Shown one piece after another: positions 13,257 to 28,200 of a stretch of DNA of 64,000 bases (position 1 is its first letter; the number at the start of each line of letters is the position of its first letter). The position numbers and the translations under genes are program-made. The notes beneath the pieces were generated by a model. That model did not search any database and was not told where the DNA came from. It saw only the letters and a list, made by a program, of their open reading frames with translations. Origin of the DNA: Squalus acanthias (Eukaryota); assembly GCA_030390025.1 (NCBI GenBank), contig CM059432.1, forward strand, positions 76,696,001-76,760,000, written 5' to 3'.

Positions 13257-16200
13257 TGGGGTGATCGGGGGTCTCGGGTTGATTGGGGGTCTCGGGGGCT
13301 AATTGGGGGTCTCGGGGTGATCGGAGGTCTCGGGGTGATCGGGGGTCTCGGGGTGATCGGAGGTCTCGGGGTGATCGGGGGTCTTGGGGTGATCGGGGGT
13401 CTCGGGGCTCTCAGTGGGTGATCGGAGGTCTCGGGGTGATCGGGGGTCTCGGGGGGTGATCGGGGTTCTCGGCGGTGAAGGGGGTCTCGGGGTGATCGGG
13501 GGTCTCGGGGGGTGATCGGGGATCTCAGGGTGATCGGGGATCTCGGGGGGGTGGTCGGTGGTCTCGGGGGTGATCGGGGGTCCCGGGGGATGATCGGGTG
13601 TCTCGGGGGTGATCGGGGATCTCAGGGCAATCGGGGATCTCGGGGGGGTGGTCGGGGGTCTCGGGGGTGGTCGGGGGTCTCGGGGTGATCGGGGGTCTTG
13701 GGGGTGATCGGGGGTCTCGGGGGGTAATCGGGGGTCTCGGGGTGATCGGGGGCTCGGGGTTCTCGGGGTGATCGGGTGTCTCGGGGAGATCTAGGGTCTC
13801 GGGGGGTGATCGGGGGTCTCGGGTGTGATCGGGGATCTCGGGGTGATCAGGGTCTCGGGGTTGATCGGGGGTCTCGGGGTGATCGGGGGCTCGGGGTTAT
13901 CGGGGTGATCGGGGGGTCTCGGGGGTCTCGGGGTGATCTAGGGTCTCGGGGGGTGATCGGGGGTCTCGGGTGTGATCGGGGGTCTCGGGGTGATCAGGGT
14001 CTCGGGGTTGATCGGGGGTCTCGGGGTGATCGGGGCTCTTGGGGGGTGATCGGGGGTCTCGGGGTTGATCAGGGGTCTCGGGGATGATCGGGGATCTCGG
14101 GGTGATCGGGGGTCTCGGGGGTGATCGGGGTTCTCGGGGGGTGATCGGGGGTCTCGGGGGGTGATCAGGGGTCTTGGGGGTGATCGAGGATCTCGGGGTG
14201 ATCGGAGGTCTCGGGGTGATCGAGGGTCTCGGGGGGTGATCGGGGGTCTCGGGGGGTGATCAGGGGTCTTGGGGGTGATCGAGGATCTCGGAGTGATCGG
14301 GGGTCTCGGGGGTGATCGAGGGTCTCGGGGGTGATCGAGGGTCTCGGGGTGATCGAGGGTCTCGGGGGGTGATCGGGGGTCTCGGGGGGTGATCGGGGGT
14401 CTCGGGGTGATCAGGGGTCAATGTGTGATCGGGGGTCTCGGGGGTGATCGGGGGTCTCGTGGGTATCGGGGGTCTTGGGGTGATCGGGGGTCTCGGGGGG
14501 TTATCGGGGGTCTCGTGGGGGTGATCTGGGTGATCGATGTTCTCGGGGGGTGATCAGGGTTCTTGGGGTTCTCGGGGGGTGATCGAGGGTCTCCGGGTGA
14601 TCGGGGGTCTCAGGATGATTGGGGGTCTCGGGGGGTGATCGGTGGTCTCGGGGTGATCGGGGGTCTCGGGGTGATCGGGGGTCTCTGGGTGATCGGGGAT
14701 CTCGGGGGGTGATCGAGGGTCTCAGTGTGTTCGGGGGTGTCGGGGTGATCAGGGGTCTCGGGGGGTGATCGGGGGTCTCGGGGGTGATCGATGGTCTCGG
14801 GCTAATTGAGGGTCTCTGGGTAATCGGGGGTCTCAGGGGGTGATCGAGGGTATCTGGGTGATCAGGGGTCTCGGGATGATCGGGGGTCTCAGGGGGTGAT
14901 CAGGTTTCTCGGGGGTATTGGGGGGTGATCGGGGTTCTCTGGGGGTGATCGGGGGTCTCGGGGGGTGATCGGGGCTCTAGGGGGGTGATCGGGGGTCTCG
15001 GGGTGATCAGGGGTCAATGTGTGATCGGGGGTCTCGGGGGTGATCGAGGGTCTCGGGGGGTGATCGGGGGTCTCGGGGGTGATCGAGGGTCTCGGGGTGA
15101 TCGAGGGTCTCGGGGGGTGATCGAGGGTCTCGGGGGTGATCGAGGGTCTCGGGGTGATCGAGGGTCTCGGGGGGTGATCGGGGGTCTCGGGGGGTGATCA
15201 GGGGTCTCGGGGGTGATCGGGCATCTCGGGGGTGATCGGGGATCTCGGGGGTGATCGGGGGTCTCGGGGGGTGATCAGGGTTCTTGGGGGTGATCGAGTA
15301 TCTCGGGGTGATCGGGGGTCTCGGGGGTGATCTAGGATCTCGGGGTGATCGGGGGTCTCGTTGTGATCGGGGTTTTTGGGGTGATCAGGTTTCTCGGGGG
15401 TATTGGGGGGTGATCGGGGTTCTCTGGGGGTGATCGGGGGTCTCGGGGGGTGATCGGGGCTCTAGGGGGGTGATCGGGGGTCTCGGGGTGATCAGGGGTC
15501 AATGTGTGATCGGGGGTCTCGGGGGTGATCGGGGGTCTCGTGGGTATCGGGGGTCTTGGGGTGATCGGGGGTCTCGGGGGGTTATCGGGGGTCTCGTGGG
15601 GGTGATCTGGGTGATCGATGTTCTCGGGGGGTGATCAGGGTTCTTGGGGTTCTCGGGGGGTGATCGAGGGTCTCCGGGTGATCGGGGGTCTCAGGATGAT
15701 TGGGGGTCTCGGGGGGTGATCGGTGGTCTCGGGTGATCGGGGGTCTCGGGGTGATCGGGGGTCTCTGGGTGATCGGGGATCTCGGGGGGTGATCGAGGGT
15801 CTCAGTGTGTTCGGGGGTGTCGGGGTGATAAGGGTCTCGGGGGGTGATCGGGGGTCTCGGGGGTGATCGATGGTCTCGGGCTAATTGAGGGTCTCTGGGT
15901 AATCGGGGGTCTCAGGGGGTGATCGAGGGTATCTGGGTGATCAGGGGTCTCGGGATGATCGGGGGTCTCAGGGGGTGATCAGGGGTCTCGGGGTGATCGG
16001 GGGTCTCGGGGTGTGATCGGATGTCTCGGGAATGATCGGGGGTCTTGGGGTGATCGGGTGTCTCGGGGTGATCAGGGGTCTCGGGTGATCAGGGGTCTCG
16101 GGTGTGATCGGATGTCTCGGGAATGATCGGGGGTCTCGGGGGTGATCAGGGCTCTCGGGGTGATCGAGGGTCTCTGGGTGATCGGGGATCTCAGGGGGGT

Positions 16201-19200
16201 GGTTTGGGTCTCGGGGTGATCGGGGGTCTTGGGGGTGATCGGGGGTCTCGGGGGTCTCGGGGTGATCGGGATGATCGAGGGTCTCGGGGGTGATCGAGGG
16301 TCTCGGGGGTGATCGGGGTCTCGGGGTGATCGGGGTCTCGGGGTGATCGGGGGTCTCGGGGGTGATCGGGGGTCTCGGGTGATCGGGGTGATCGGGGTCT
16401 CGGGGTAATCGAGAGTCTCGGGGGTGATCGGGGTCTCGGGGTGATCGGGGGTCTCGGGGGTGATCGGGGGTCTCGGGGTGATCGGGGGTCTCGGGGGTGA
16501 TCGGGGTACTCGGGGTGATCAGGGATCTCGGAGTGATCGGGGGTCTCGGGGGGTGATCGGGGTTCTCGGAGTGATCGGGGGTCTCGGGGGGTGATCGGGG
16601 TTCTCGGAGTGATCGGGGGCTCGGGGGTGATCGGGGGTCTCGGGGGTGATCGGGGGTCTCGGGGGTGTTTGGGATTCTCGGGGTGATCGGGGTTCTCGGG
16701 GGGTGATCAGGGGTCTTGGGGTGATCGGGGTTCTCGGGGTGATCGGGTGTCTCGGGGTGATCGGGGGTCTTGGGGGTGATCGGGGTTCTCGGGGTGATCG
16801 AGGATCTCGGGGTGATCGGGGGTCTCGGGGTGATCGGGGTGATCGGGGTGATCGGGGATCTCGGAGTGATCGGGGATCTCGGGGGTCTTGCGGGGGTGAT
16901 CCAGATTCTCTGGGGGTGATCGGGGGTCGTGGGTGTGATCGGGGGTCTCGGGGTGATCGGGGGTCTTGGGGTGATCGAGGGTCTCGGGGGTGATCGAGGG
17001 TCTCGGGGGTGATCGGGGGTCTCAGGGTGATCGGAGTGATCGGGGTGATCGGGGGTCTCGGGGTGATCGGGGGTCTCAGGGTGATCGAGGGTCTCAGGGT
17101 GTGATCGGGGTTTCTCGGGGGTGATCGAGTGTTTCGGGGTAATCGAGGGTCTCTGGGTGCTCGGGGGTCTCGGGGGGTGATCGAGGGTCTCGGGGTGATC
17201 GGGGGTCTTTGGGTGATCGGGGGTCTTGGGAATGATCGGGGGTCTCAGGGGGTGATCGGGGATCTTGGGGGGTGATCGAGGGTCTCGGTGTGTTCGGGGG
17301 TGTCGGGGTGATCGGGGGTCTCGGGGGGTGATCGGGGGTCTCAGGGGGTGATCAGGGGTCTCAGGGTGATCGAGGGTCTCAGGGTGATCGGGGGTCTCTG
17401 GGTGATCGGGGGTCTTGGGGTGATCGGGGGTCTCTGGGTGATCGGGGATCTTGGGGGGTGATCGAGGGTCTCGGTGTGTTCGGGGGTGTCGGGGTGATCG
17501 GGGGTCTCGGGGGGTGTTCGGGGGTCTCAGGGGGTGATCAGGGGTCTCAGGGTGATCGGGGGTCTTGGGGTGATCGGGGGTCTCGGGGGTGATCAGGGCT
17601 CTCGGGGTGGTCGAGGGTCTCTGGGTGATCGGGGATCTCGGTGGGGTGGTTGGGGGTCCCGGGGTGATCGGGGGGTCTCGGGGGTGATCGGGGGTCTCGG
17701 GGTGATCGGAGGTCTCAGGGGTGATCGGGGGTCTCGGGATGATCGGGGGTCTCGGGGTGATCGGAGGTCTCGGGGGTGATCGGGGGTCTCGGGGGTGATC
17801 GGGGGTCTCGGAGTGACCGTGGGTCTCGGGGGTGATCGGGGTTCTCGGAGGTGATCGGGGGGCTCGGGGGTGATCGGGGATCTTGGGGGGTGATCGGGGT
17901 TCTCGGAGTGATCGGGGGTCTCGGGGTGATTGGGGTTCTCGGATTGATCGGGGGGCTCGGGGGTGATCGGGGATCTTGGGGGTGATCGAGGTTCTCAGAG
18001 TGATCGGGCGTCTCGGGGGTGATTGGGGGTCTTGGAGTGATCGGGGGGGTGATCGGGGTTCTCGGAGTGATCGGGGGTCTCGGGGGGTGATCGGGATTCT
18101 CGGGGTGATCGGGGGTCTCGGGAATGATCGGGGGTCTCGGGGGCGATCGGGGGTCTCGGAGTGATCGGGGGTCTCGGGGGGTGATCGGGATTCGCGTGGT
18201 GATCGGGTGTCTCGGGGGTGATCGGGGGTCTCGGGGGGTGATCAGGGGTCTTGGGGGTGATCGAGGTTCTCGGTAGGTGATCGGGGGTCTCGGTGGTGAT
18301 CGGGGGTCTCGGGGGTGATCGGGGGTCTCGGGGTGATCGGGGGTCTCGGGGGTGATCGGGGGTCTCGGGGGTGATCGGGGTGATCGGGGGTCTCGGGGGG
18401 TGATCGGGGTTCTCGGAGTGATCGGGGGTCTCGGGGGGTGATCGGGGTTTTCGGGGGTCTTGGGGGGGCGATCGAGATTCTCTGGGGGTGATCAGGGGTC
18501 GCGGGGGTGATCGGGCGTATCGGTGGTGATCGGGGGTCTCGGGGGTGGTCGGGGGTCTCGGGGGTGATCGGGGGTCTTGGGGTGATCGAGGGTCTCGGGG
18601 GTGATCGAGGGTCTCGGGGGTAATCGGGGGTCTCAGGGTGATCGGAGTGATCGGGGTGATCGAGGGTCTCGGGTGGTGATCGGGGGTCTCGTGGGGGTGA
18701 TCTGTGTGATCGGGGGTATCGGGGGTGATCGAGGTACTCGGGGGGTGATCGGGGTTCTCGGAGTGATCGGGGTTCGCAGGGTTATCGGGAGTATCGGGGG
18801 TGATCAGGGGTCTCGGGGTGATCGGGGGTCTCGGGGGTGATCAGGGGTCTCGGGGGTGATCGGGGGTCTCGGAGTGATCGGGGGTCTCAGGGGGTGATCG
18901 GGGGTCTCGGGAATGATCGGGGGTCTTGGGGTGATCGGGGGTCTCTGGGTGATCGGGGATCTCGGGAGGTGATCGAGGGTCTCGGTTTGTTCGGGGGTGT
19001 CGGGGTGATCGGGGGTCTCGGGGGGTGCAGGGGGGTCTCAGGGGGTGATCAGGGGTCTCGGGGTGATCGGGGGTCTTGGGGTGATCGGGGGTCTGGGGCT
19101 GATCAGGGCTCTCGGGGTGGTCGAGGGTCTCTGGGTGATCGGGGATCTCGGTGGGGTGGTTAGGGGTCCCGGGGTGATCGGGGGGTCTCGGGGGTGATCG

Positions 19201-22200
19201 GGGGTCTCGGGGTGATCGGGGATCTCAGGGGATGATCGAGGGTCTCGGGGTGATCGAGGGTCTCGGGGGGTGATCGGGGGTCTCGGGGGTGATCGGGGGT
19301 CTCGGGGGTGATCGGGGGCCTTGGGGTGATTGGGGGTCTTGGGTTTGATCGGGGGTCTCGGGGGTGATCGAGGGTCTCGGGGGTGATCGAGGGTCTCGGG
19401 GTGATCTAGGATCTCGGGGTGATCGGGGTTCTCGGGGTGATCGGGGTTCTCTGGGGGTGATCGGGGGTCTCGGGAGTGATCGGGGATCTCGGGTTGATCG
19501 AGGATCTCGGGGTGATCGGGGGTCTCGGGGTGATCGGGGGTCTCGGGGGTGATCGGGGGTCTCGGGGGTGATCGGGGGTCTCGGGGGGATCGGGGGGGAT
19601 CGAGGGTCTCGGGGGTGATCGGAGGTCTCGGGGGTGATCGGGGGTCTTGGGGTGATTGGGGGTCTTGGGTTTGATCGGGGGTCTCGGGGGTGATCGAGGG
19701 TCTCGGGGGTGATCGAGGGTCTCGGGGTGATCTAGGATCTCGGGGTGATCGGGGTTCTCGGGGTGATCGGGGTTCTCTGGGGGTGATCGGGGGTCTCGGG
19801 GTGATCAGGGGTGTCGGTGTGATTTGGGTCTTGGGGGTGATCGGGTGTCTCGGGGGTCTCGTGGGTCTTGGGCTGATCGGGGGTCTCGGGGGGTTATCGG
19901 GGGTCTCGTGGGGGTGATCTGGGTGATCGATGTTCTCGGGGGGTGATCAGGGTTCTTGGGGTTCTCGGGGGGTGATCGAGGGTCTCGGGGTGATCATGGG
20001 TCTCGGGGGTGATAGAGGGCCTCGGGGTGATCGGGGGGTCTCAGGGTGATCGGGGGTCTCGGGGGTGATCGGGGATCTCGGGTGATCGGAAGTCTCGGGG
20101 GTGATCGGGGGTCTCGGGGGTCATCGGGGGTCTCGGAGCGATCGGGGGTCTCGGGGGTGATCGGGGTTCTCGGAGTGATCGGGGGGCTCGGGGGTGATCG
20201 GGGTTCTCGGAGTGATCGGGGGTCTCGGGAATGATCGGGGGTCTCGGGGGTGATCGAGATTCTCGGGGTGATCGGGGGTCTCGGGAATGATCGGGGGTCT
20301 CGGGGGTGATCGGGGGTCTCGGGGGTGATCGGGTGTCTCGGGGTGATCGGGGTTCTCAGAGTGATCGGGTGTCTCGGGGGTGATCGGGGGTCTCGGGGTG
20401 ATCGGGGGTCTCGGGGGTGATCGGGGGTCTCGGGGTGATCGGGGGTCTCGGGGGTGATCGGGGGTCTCGGGGTGATCGGGGGTCTCGGGGGTGATAGGGG
20501 GTCTCGGGGGGTGAACGGGGTTCTCGGAGTGATCGAGGATCTCGGGAGTGATCGGGGATCTCGGGTTGATCGAGGATCTCGGGGTGATCGGGGGTCTCGG
20601 GGGTGATCGGGGGTCTCGGGGGTGATCGGGGGTCTCGGGGGGATCGGGGGGATCGGGGGTCTCGGGGGTGATCGGGGGTCTCGGGGGTGATCGGGGGTCT
20701 CGGGGTGATCGTGGGTCTCGGGGGTGATAGGGGGTCTCGGGGGGTGAACGGGGTTCTCGGAGTGATCGAGGATCTCGGGAGTGATCGGGGATCTCGGGTT
20801 GATCGAGGATCTCGGGGTGATCGGGGGTCTCGGGGTGATCGAGGATCTCGGGGTGATCGGGGGTCTTGGGGTGATCGGGGGTCTCGGGGTGATCGGGGTT
20901 TTCGGGGGTGATCGGGGTTCTCGGGGGTCTTGGGGGGGTGATCGAGATTCTCTGGGGGTGATCGGGGGTCTCGGGGGGTGATCGGGGGTGTCGGGGTGAT
21001 TGGGGGTCTCGGTGTGATCCGGGGTCTCGGGGGGTGATCGGGGGTCTCGTGGGTCTCGGGGGTCTCAGGGTGATCGGAGTGATCGGGGTGATCGAGGGTC
21101 TCGGGGGGTGATCGGTGGTCTCGGGGATGATCGGGGTTCTCGGGGGGTGATCGGGGGTCTTGGGGGGTGATCGAGTGTCTCGTGGGTGATCGGAGTTCTC
21201 GGGGGGTGATCGAGGGTCTCCTGGTGATCGGGGGTCTCGAGGTGATCGGGGGTCTTGGGGTGATCGGGGGTCTCGGGGTGTGATCGAGGGTCTCGGCGCT
21301 ATCGAGGGTCTCGGGGTCATCGGGGGTCTCGGGGGTGATCGAGTGTTTCGGGGTAATCGAGGGTCTCTGGGTGATCGGGGGTCTCGGGGCTTGATCGAGG
21401 GTCTCGGGGTGATCAGCGGTCTCGGGATGATCGGGGGTCTCGGGAATGATCGGGGGTCTCGGGGTGATCGGGGGTCTCTGGGTGATCGGGGATCTCGGGG
21501 GGTGATCGAGGGTCTCGGTGTGTTCGGGGGTGTCGGGGTGATCGGGGGACTCGGGGGGTGATCGGGGGTCTCGGGGTGATCGAGGGTCTCGGGGTGATCG
21601 AGGGTCTCGGGGTGATCGGGGGTCTCGGGGGTGATCGAGTGTTTTGGGGTAATCGAGGGTCTCTGGGTGATTGGCGGTCTCGGGGGGTGATTGAGGGTCT
21701 CGGGGTGATCAGGGGTCTCGGGATGATCGGGGGTCTCGAGAATGATCGGGGATCTCGGGGGGTGATCGAGGGTCTCGGGGTGATCAGGGGTCTCGGGATG
21801 ATCGGGGGTCTCGGGGTGTGATCGGATGTCTCGGGAATGATCGGGGGTCTCGGGGGTGATCAGGGCTCTCGGGGTGGTCGAGGGTCTCTGGGTGATCGGG
21901 GATCTCGGTGGGGTGGTTGGGGGTCTCGGGGTGATCGGGGGTCTCGGGGTGATCTGGGGTCTCGGGGGGTGATCGAGGATCTCGGGGTGATCGAGGGTCT
22001 CGGGGGTGATCGGGGTCTCGGGGGTGATCGTGGGTGATTGGGGGTCTCGGGGGGTGATCGAGGATCTTGGGGTGATCGAGAGTCTCGGGGGTGATCGGGG
22101 ACCTCGGGGGTGATCGGGGGTCTCGGGGTGATCGGGGGTCTCGGTGTGATCGAGGGTCTTGGGGGTGATCGGGGGTCTCGGGGGTGATCGGGGATTTCGG

Positions 22201-25200
22201 AGTGATCGGGGGTCTCGGGGGATGATCGGGATTCTCGGGGTGATCGGGGATCTCGGGGCTGATCGGGGGTCTCGGGGGTGATCGGGGGTCTCGGGGGGTG
22301 ATCAGGGGTATTGGGGGTGATCGAGGGTCTTGGGGGTGATCGGGGGTCTCGGGGGTGATCGGGGGTCTCGGGGGTGATCGGGGGTCTCGGGGGGTGATCG
22401 GGTGCCTCGCGGGTGATCGGGGGTCTCGGGGATGATCGGGGGTCTTGGGGGTGATCGGGGATCTTGGGGTGATCGGGGGTCTCGGGGGTGATCGGGGGTC
22501 TCGGTGTGATCGAGGGTCTCGCATGATCGGGGGTCTCGGGGTGTTCGGGGGTCTCGGGGTGATCGGGGGTCTCGGGGTGATCGGGGTTTTCGGGGGTGAT
22601 CGGGGGTCTCGGGGGTCTTGGGGGGGTGATCGAGGTTCTCTGGGGGTGATCGGGGGTCGCGGGGGTGATCGGGGTTCTCGGGGGGTGATCGAGGGTCTCG
22701 GGGGTGATCGGGGGTCTCTGGGTGATTGGGGTTCTCGGTGGGTGATCGAGGGTCTCAGTGTGTTCGGTGGTGTCGGGGTGATCAGGGGTCTCGGGGGATG
22801 ATCGGGGGTCTCGGGGGATGATCGGGGGTCTCGGGGGTGATCGAGTGTCTCGGGGTGATCGAGGGTCTCTGGGTGATCGGGGATCTCGGGGGGGTGGTTG
22901 GGGTCTCGGGGTGATTGGGGGGTCTCGGGGGATGATCGGGGGTCTCGGGTGTGATCGGGGGTCTCAGGGGTGATCGAGTGTCTCAGGGTGATCGAGGGTC
23001 TCGGTGTGTTCGGGGGTGTCGGGGTGATCGGGGGTCTCGGGGGTGATCGATGGTCTCGGGCTAATCGAGGGTCTCTGGGTAATCGGGGGTCTCGGGGGGT
23101 GATCGGGGGTATCTGGGTGATCAGGGCTCTTGGGGTGATCGAGGGTCTCTGGGTTATTGGGGATCTCGGGGGATGATCGGGGGTCTCGGGGGTGATCGGG
23201 TGTCTCGGGGGTGATCGGGGGTCTCGGGGGTGATCGAGGATCTCGGGGTGATCGGGGGTCTCGGGCGTGATCGAGGATCTCTGGGTGATCGAGGGTCTCG
23301 GGGTGATCTGGGGTCTCGGGGTGATTGGGATGATCGGGGGTCTTGGCGTTGATCGGGGGTCTCGGGGTGGTTGGGGATCTTGGGGTGATCGGGGGTTCTC
23401 GGGGTTGATCGGGGGTCTCGGTGTGTTCGGGGTTCTCGGGGGATGATCGAGGGTCTCTGGGTAATCGGGGATCTCGTGGTGATCGGGTGCCTCGGGGGTG
23501 ATTGGGTGTCTTGGGGTGATCGGGGGTCTCGGGGGTTGATCGAGGGTCTAGGGGGTTATCTGGGGTCTCGGGGGGTGATCGAGGGTCTCGGGGTGATCGG
23601 GGGTCTCGTGGGGTGATCGGGCATTTCGGGGGGTTAGCTGGGGTCTCGGGGTTGATCGCGGGTCTCGGGGGGTGATCGGGGTGATCGGGGCTCTCGAGGT
23701 TATCGAGGGTCTCAGGGTGATCGAGGGTCTCTGGGTGATCGGGGATCTTGGGGTGATCGAGGGTCTCAGGGTGATCGAGGGTCTCTGGGTGATCGAGGGT
23801 CTCTGGGTGATCGAGGATCTCGGGGGTGATCGGGGGTCTCGGTGTGTTCGGGGGTCTCGGGTGATCGGGGGTCTCGGGGTGATCGAGGGTCTCTGGGTGA
23901 TCGGGGTCTCGGGGTGATCGGGGGTCTTGGGGGGTGATCGGGGGTCTCGTGAATGATCGGGGTTCTTGGGGTGATCGGAGGTCTCGGGAATGATCGGTCG
24001 TCTCGGCGATGATCGGGGGTCTCGGGAATGATCGGGGGTCTCGGGGTGATCGAGGGTCTCGGGAATGATCGGGGGTCTCGGGGTGATCGAGGGTCTCGGG
24101 GGTGATCACGGGTCTCGGGGTGATCGGGGGTCTCGGGGTGGTCGGGGGTCTCGGGGTGATCGGGGGTTTTGGGGAATGATCGAGGGTCTCGGGGTTGATC
24201 GGGGGTCTCGGGGTTGATCGGGGGTCTCGGGGGGTGATCGGGGGTCTCTGGGGGTGACCGGGGCTCTCGGGGGGTGCTCGGGGGTCTCGGGGGTGATCGA
24301 GGGTCTCGGGGTGATCGAGGGTCTCGGGGTGATCGGGGATCTTGGGATGCGATCGAGGGTCTCGGGGGTGATCGAGGGTCTTGAGGGTGATAGGGGATCT
24401 CGGGGGGTGATCGGGGGCCCGGGATTTGGGGGTCTCGGGGTGATCTGGCGTCTCGGGGGTGATCGCTGGTCTCAGGGTGATCGGGGGTCTCGGGGGTGAT
24501 CGGGGGTCTCGGGTTGTGATCGGGGGTCTTGGGGGGTGAGCGGGGGTCCCGGGGGGTGATCGGGGTTCTCTGGGGGTGATCCAGGCTCTCGGGGGGTGAT
24601 CGGGTTTCTCGGGGTGATCGGCCGTCTCAGGGTGTGATCGGGGGTCTCGCGGGGGTGATCGGGGTGATCGAGGGTCTCGGGAGGTGATCGGGGGTCTCGG
24701 GCATTATCGGGGTTCTCGGGGGGTGATCGGGGGTCTCGGGGGTGATCGGGGTTCTTGGGGGGTGATCGGGGGTCTCGGAGTGATTGAGGGTCTTGTGGGT
24801 GATCGGGGGTCTCGGGGGGTGATCGGGGGTCTCGGGGGTGATCGGGGGTCTCGGGGGATGATCGAGGGTCTCGGGGGTGATCGGGGGTCTCAGGGGTGAT
24901 CGGGGGTCTCGGGGTTATCGAGGGTCTCAGGGTGATTGAGGGTCTCTGTGTGATCGGGGATCTCGGGGTGATCGAGGGTCTCTGGGTGATTGAGGGTCTC
25001 TGGGTGATCGAGGATCTCGGGGGTGATCGAGGGTCTCTGGGTGATCGAGGATCTCGGGGGTGATCGGGGGTCTCGGTGTGTTCGGGGGTCTCGGGGTGAT
25101 CGGGGGTCTTGGGGGTGATCGGGGATCTCTGGAGGTGATCGAGGGTTTCGGAGGTAATTGGGGGTCTCGGGCATTATCGGGGTTCTCGGGGGGTGATCGG

Positions 25201-28200
25201 GGCTCTCGGGGGGTGCTCGGGGGTCTCGGGGGTGATCGAGGGTCTCGGGGTGATCGAGGGTCTCGGGGGTGATCGGGGATCTTGGGATGCGATCGAGGGT
25301 CTCGGGGGTGATCGAGGGTCTTGAGGGTGATAGGGGATCTCGGGGGGTGATCGGGGGCCCGAGATTTGGGGGTCTCGGGGTGATCTGGCGTCTCGGGGGT
25401 GATCGCTGGTCTCAGGGTGATCGGGGGTCTCGGGGGTGATCGGGGGTCTCGGGTTGTGATCGGGGGTCTTGGGGGGTGAGCGGGGGTCCCGGGGGGTGAT
25501 CGGGGTTCTCTGGGGGTGATCCAGGCTCTCGGGGGGTGATCGGGTTTCTCGGGGTGATCGGCCGTCTCAGGGTGTGATCGGGGGTCTCGCGGGGGTGATC
25601 GGGGTGATCGAGGGTCTCGGGAGGTGATCGGGGGTCTCGGGCATTATCGGGGTTCTCGGGGGGTGATCGGGGGTCTCGGGGGTGATCGGGGTTCTTGGGG
25701 GGTGATCGGGGGTCTCGGAGTGATCGAGGGTCTTGTGGGTGATCGGGGGTCTCGGGGGGTGATCGGGGGTCTCGGGGGTGATCGGGGGTCTCGGGGGATG
25801 ATCGAGGGTCTCGGGGGTGATCGGGGGTCTCAGGGGTGATCGGGGGTCTCGGGGTTATCGAGGGTCTCAGGGTGATTGAGGGTCTCTGTGTGATCGGGGA
25901 TCTCGGGGTGATCGAGGGTCTCTGGGTGATTGAGGGTCTCTGGGTGATCGAGGATCTCGGGGGTGATCGAGGGTCTCTGGGTGATCGAGGATCTCGGGGG
26001 TGATCGGGGGTCTCGGTGTGTTCGGGGGTCTCGGGGTGATCGGGGGTCTTGGGGGTGATCGGGGATCTCTGGAGGTGATCGAGGGTTTCGGAGGTAATTG
26101 GGGGTCTTGTGGGTGATCGGAGTTCTCGGGGGTGATCGAGGGTCTCGGTGGTGATCGGGGGGTCTCGGAATGATTCGGGGTCTTGGGGTGATCGGGTGTC
26201 TCGGGTGGTGATCGGAGGTCTTGGGGTGATCGGGGATCTCGGGTGGTGATCGGAGGTCTTGGGGGTGATCGGGGATCTCTGGAGGTGATCGAGGGTTTCG
26301 GCGGTAATTGGGGGTCTTGTGGGTGATCGGAGTTCTCGGGGGTGATCGAGGGTCTCGGTGGTGATCGGGGGGTCTCGGAATGATTCGGGGTCTTGGGGTG
26401 ATCGGGTGTCTCGGGTGGTGATCGGAGGTCTTGGGGTGATCGGGGATCTCGGGGGGTCATCAGGGGTTTCGTGGTGATTTGGGGTCTTGGGGTGATCGGG
26501 GATCTCGGAGTGATCGGGGGTCTCGGGGGGTGATCGGGGGCTTCGGGGTGATTCGGGGTCTTGGGGTGATCGGGGATCTCGGGGTGATCGGGGGTCTCGG
26601 GGGGTGATCGGGGGTCTCGTGGGGTGATCGGGGGTCTCGTGGGGGTGATCGGGGTGATCGAGGGTCTCGGGGGGGATCGGGGGTCTCGGGGGTCTCGGGC
26701 ATGATCGGGGTTCTCGGGGAGTGATCGGGGGTCTCGGTGGTGATTGGGGGTCTTGGGGGGTGATCGGGGGTCTCGGGGGTGATCGAGGGTCTCGGAGGTG
26801 ATCGAGGGTCTCGGAGGTGATCAGGGGTCTCGGGGTGATCGGGGGTCTTGGGTGGTGATCGGGGGTCTCGGGGTGATCGGGGGTCTCGGCGTGATTCGGG
26901 GTCTTGGGGTGATCTCGGATCTCGGAGTGATCGGGCGTCTCGGGGGGTGATCGGGTGTCTCGGGAATCATCGGGGGTCTCGGGGGGTGATCGGGGGGTCT
27001 CGGGCTGATCGGGTGTCTCGGGTGATTGGGGGTCTTGTGGTGATCGGGGGTCTCGGGGATGATCGGGGGGGATCGGGGGTCTTGGGGTGATCGGGGGAGT
27101 GATCGGGGGTCTCGGGGTGATCGGTGGGGGGTGATCGGGGGTCTTGGGGTGATCGGGGGGGTGATCGGGGGTCTTGGGGTGATCGGGGGTCTCAGGGAAG
27201 ATTGAGGGTCTCGGGGGGTGATCGGGGGTCTTGGGGTGATCGGGGGGGTGATCGGCGGTCTTGGGGTGATCGGGGGTCTCAGGGAAGATTGAGGGTCTCG
27301 GGGGGTGATCGGGGGTCTTGGGGTGATCGGGGGGGTTATCGGGGGTCTTGGGGTGATCGGGGGAGGTGATCGGGGGTCTCGGGGTGATCGGGGGGGTGAT
27401 CGGGGGTCTTGGGGTGATCGGGGGTCTCAGGGATGATTGAGGGTCTCGGGCAGATCGCGGGTCTCGGGGGTGATCGGGGGTCTTGGGGTGATTGGGATTC
27501 TCGGGGGTGATCGGGGGTCTCGGGGTGATCGGGGACTCGGGGGGTGATCGAGGGTCTCGGGCAGATCGCGGGTCTCGGGGAGATCGGGGGTCTCGGGGGG
27601 TGATCGCGGATCTCGGGGTGATCTGGGGTATCGGAGGGTGATCGGGGTCTCGGGGGGATCGGCGGTCTCGGTGGTCTCGGGGTTATCGGGGGTGTCAGGG
27701 GGTGATCGAGGGTCTCGTGGGTGATCGGGGGTCTCGGGCTGATCGGGCGTCTCGTGGGTGATTGGGATTCTCGGGGTGATCAGGGGTCTCGGGGGTTGAT
27801 CGGCGGTCTCGGGGATGATCGGGGGTCTCGGGGTGATCGGGGATAATCGGGGGTCTCGGGGGTAATCGGGGTCTCGGGGTGATCGCGGGTCTTGGGGTGA
27901 TCGGGGGTCTCAGGGGTGATTGATGGTCTCGGGGTGATCGGCGGTCTCGGGGGTGATCGGGGGTCTCGGGGTGATCGGGGATAATTGGGGGTCTCGGGGG
28001 TAATCGGGTTCTCGGGGTGATCGGGGGTCTCAGGGGTGATTGAGGGTCTCGGGGTGATCGGGGGTCTCGGGGTGATCAGGGTTTCAAGGGTGATCGGGGA
28101 TCTCAGGGTGATCGGGGGTCTCGTGGGGAGATCGCGGGTCTCGGGGTGATCGGGGGTTCTCGGGGTGATCAGGGTTTCAAGGGTGATCGGGGGTCTCGGG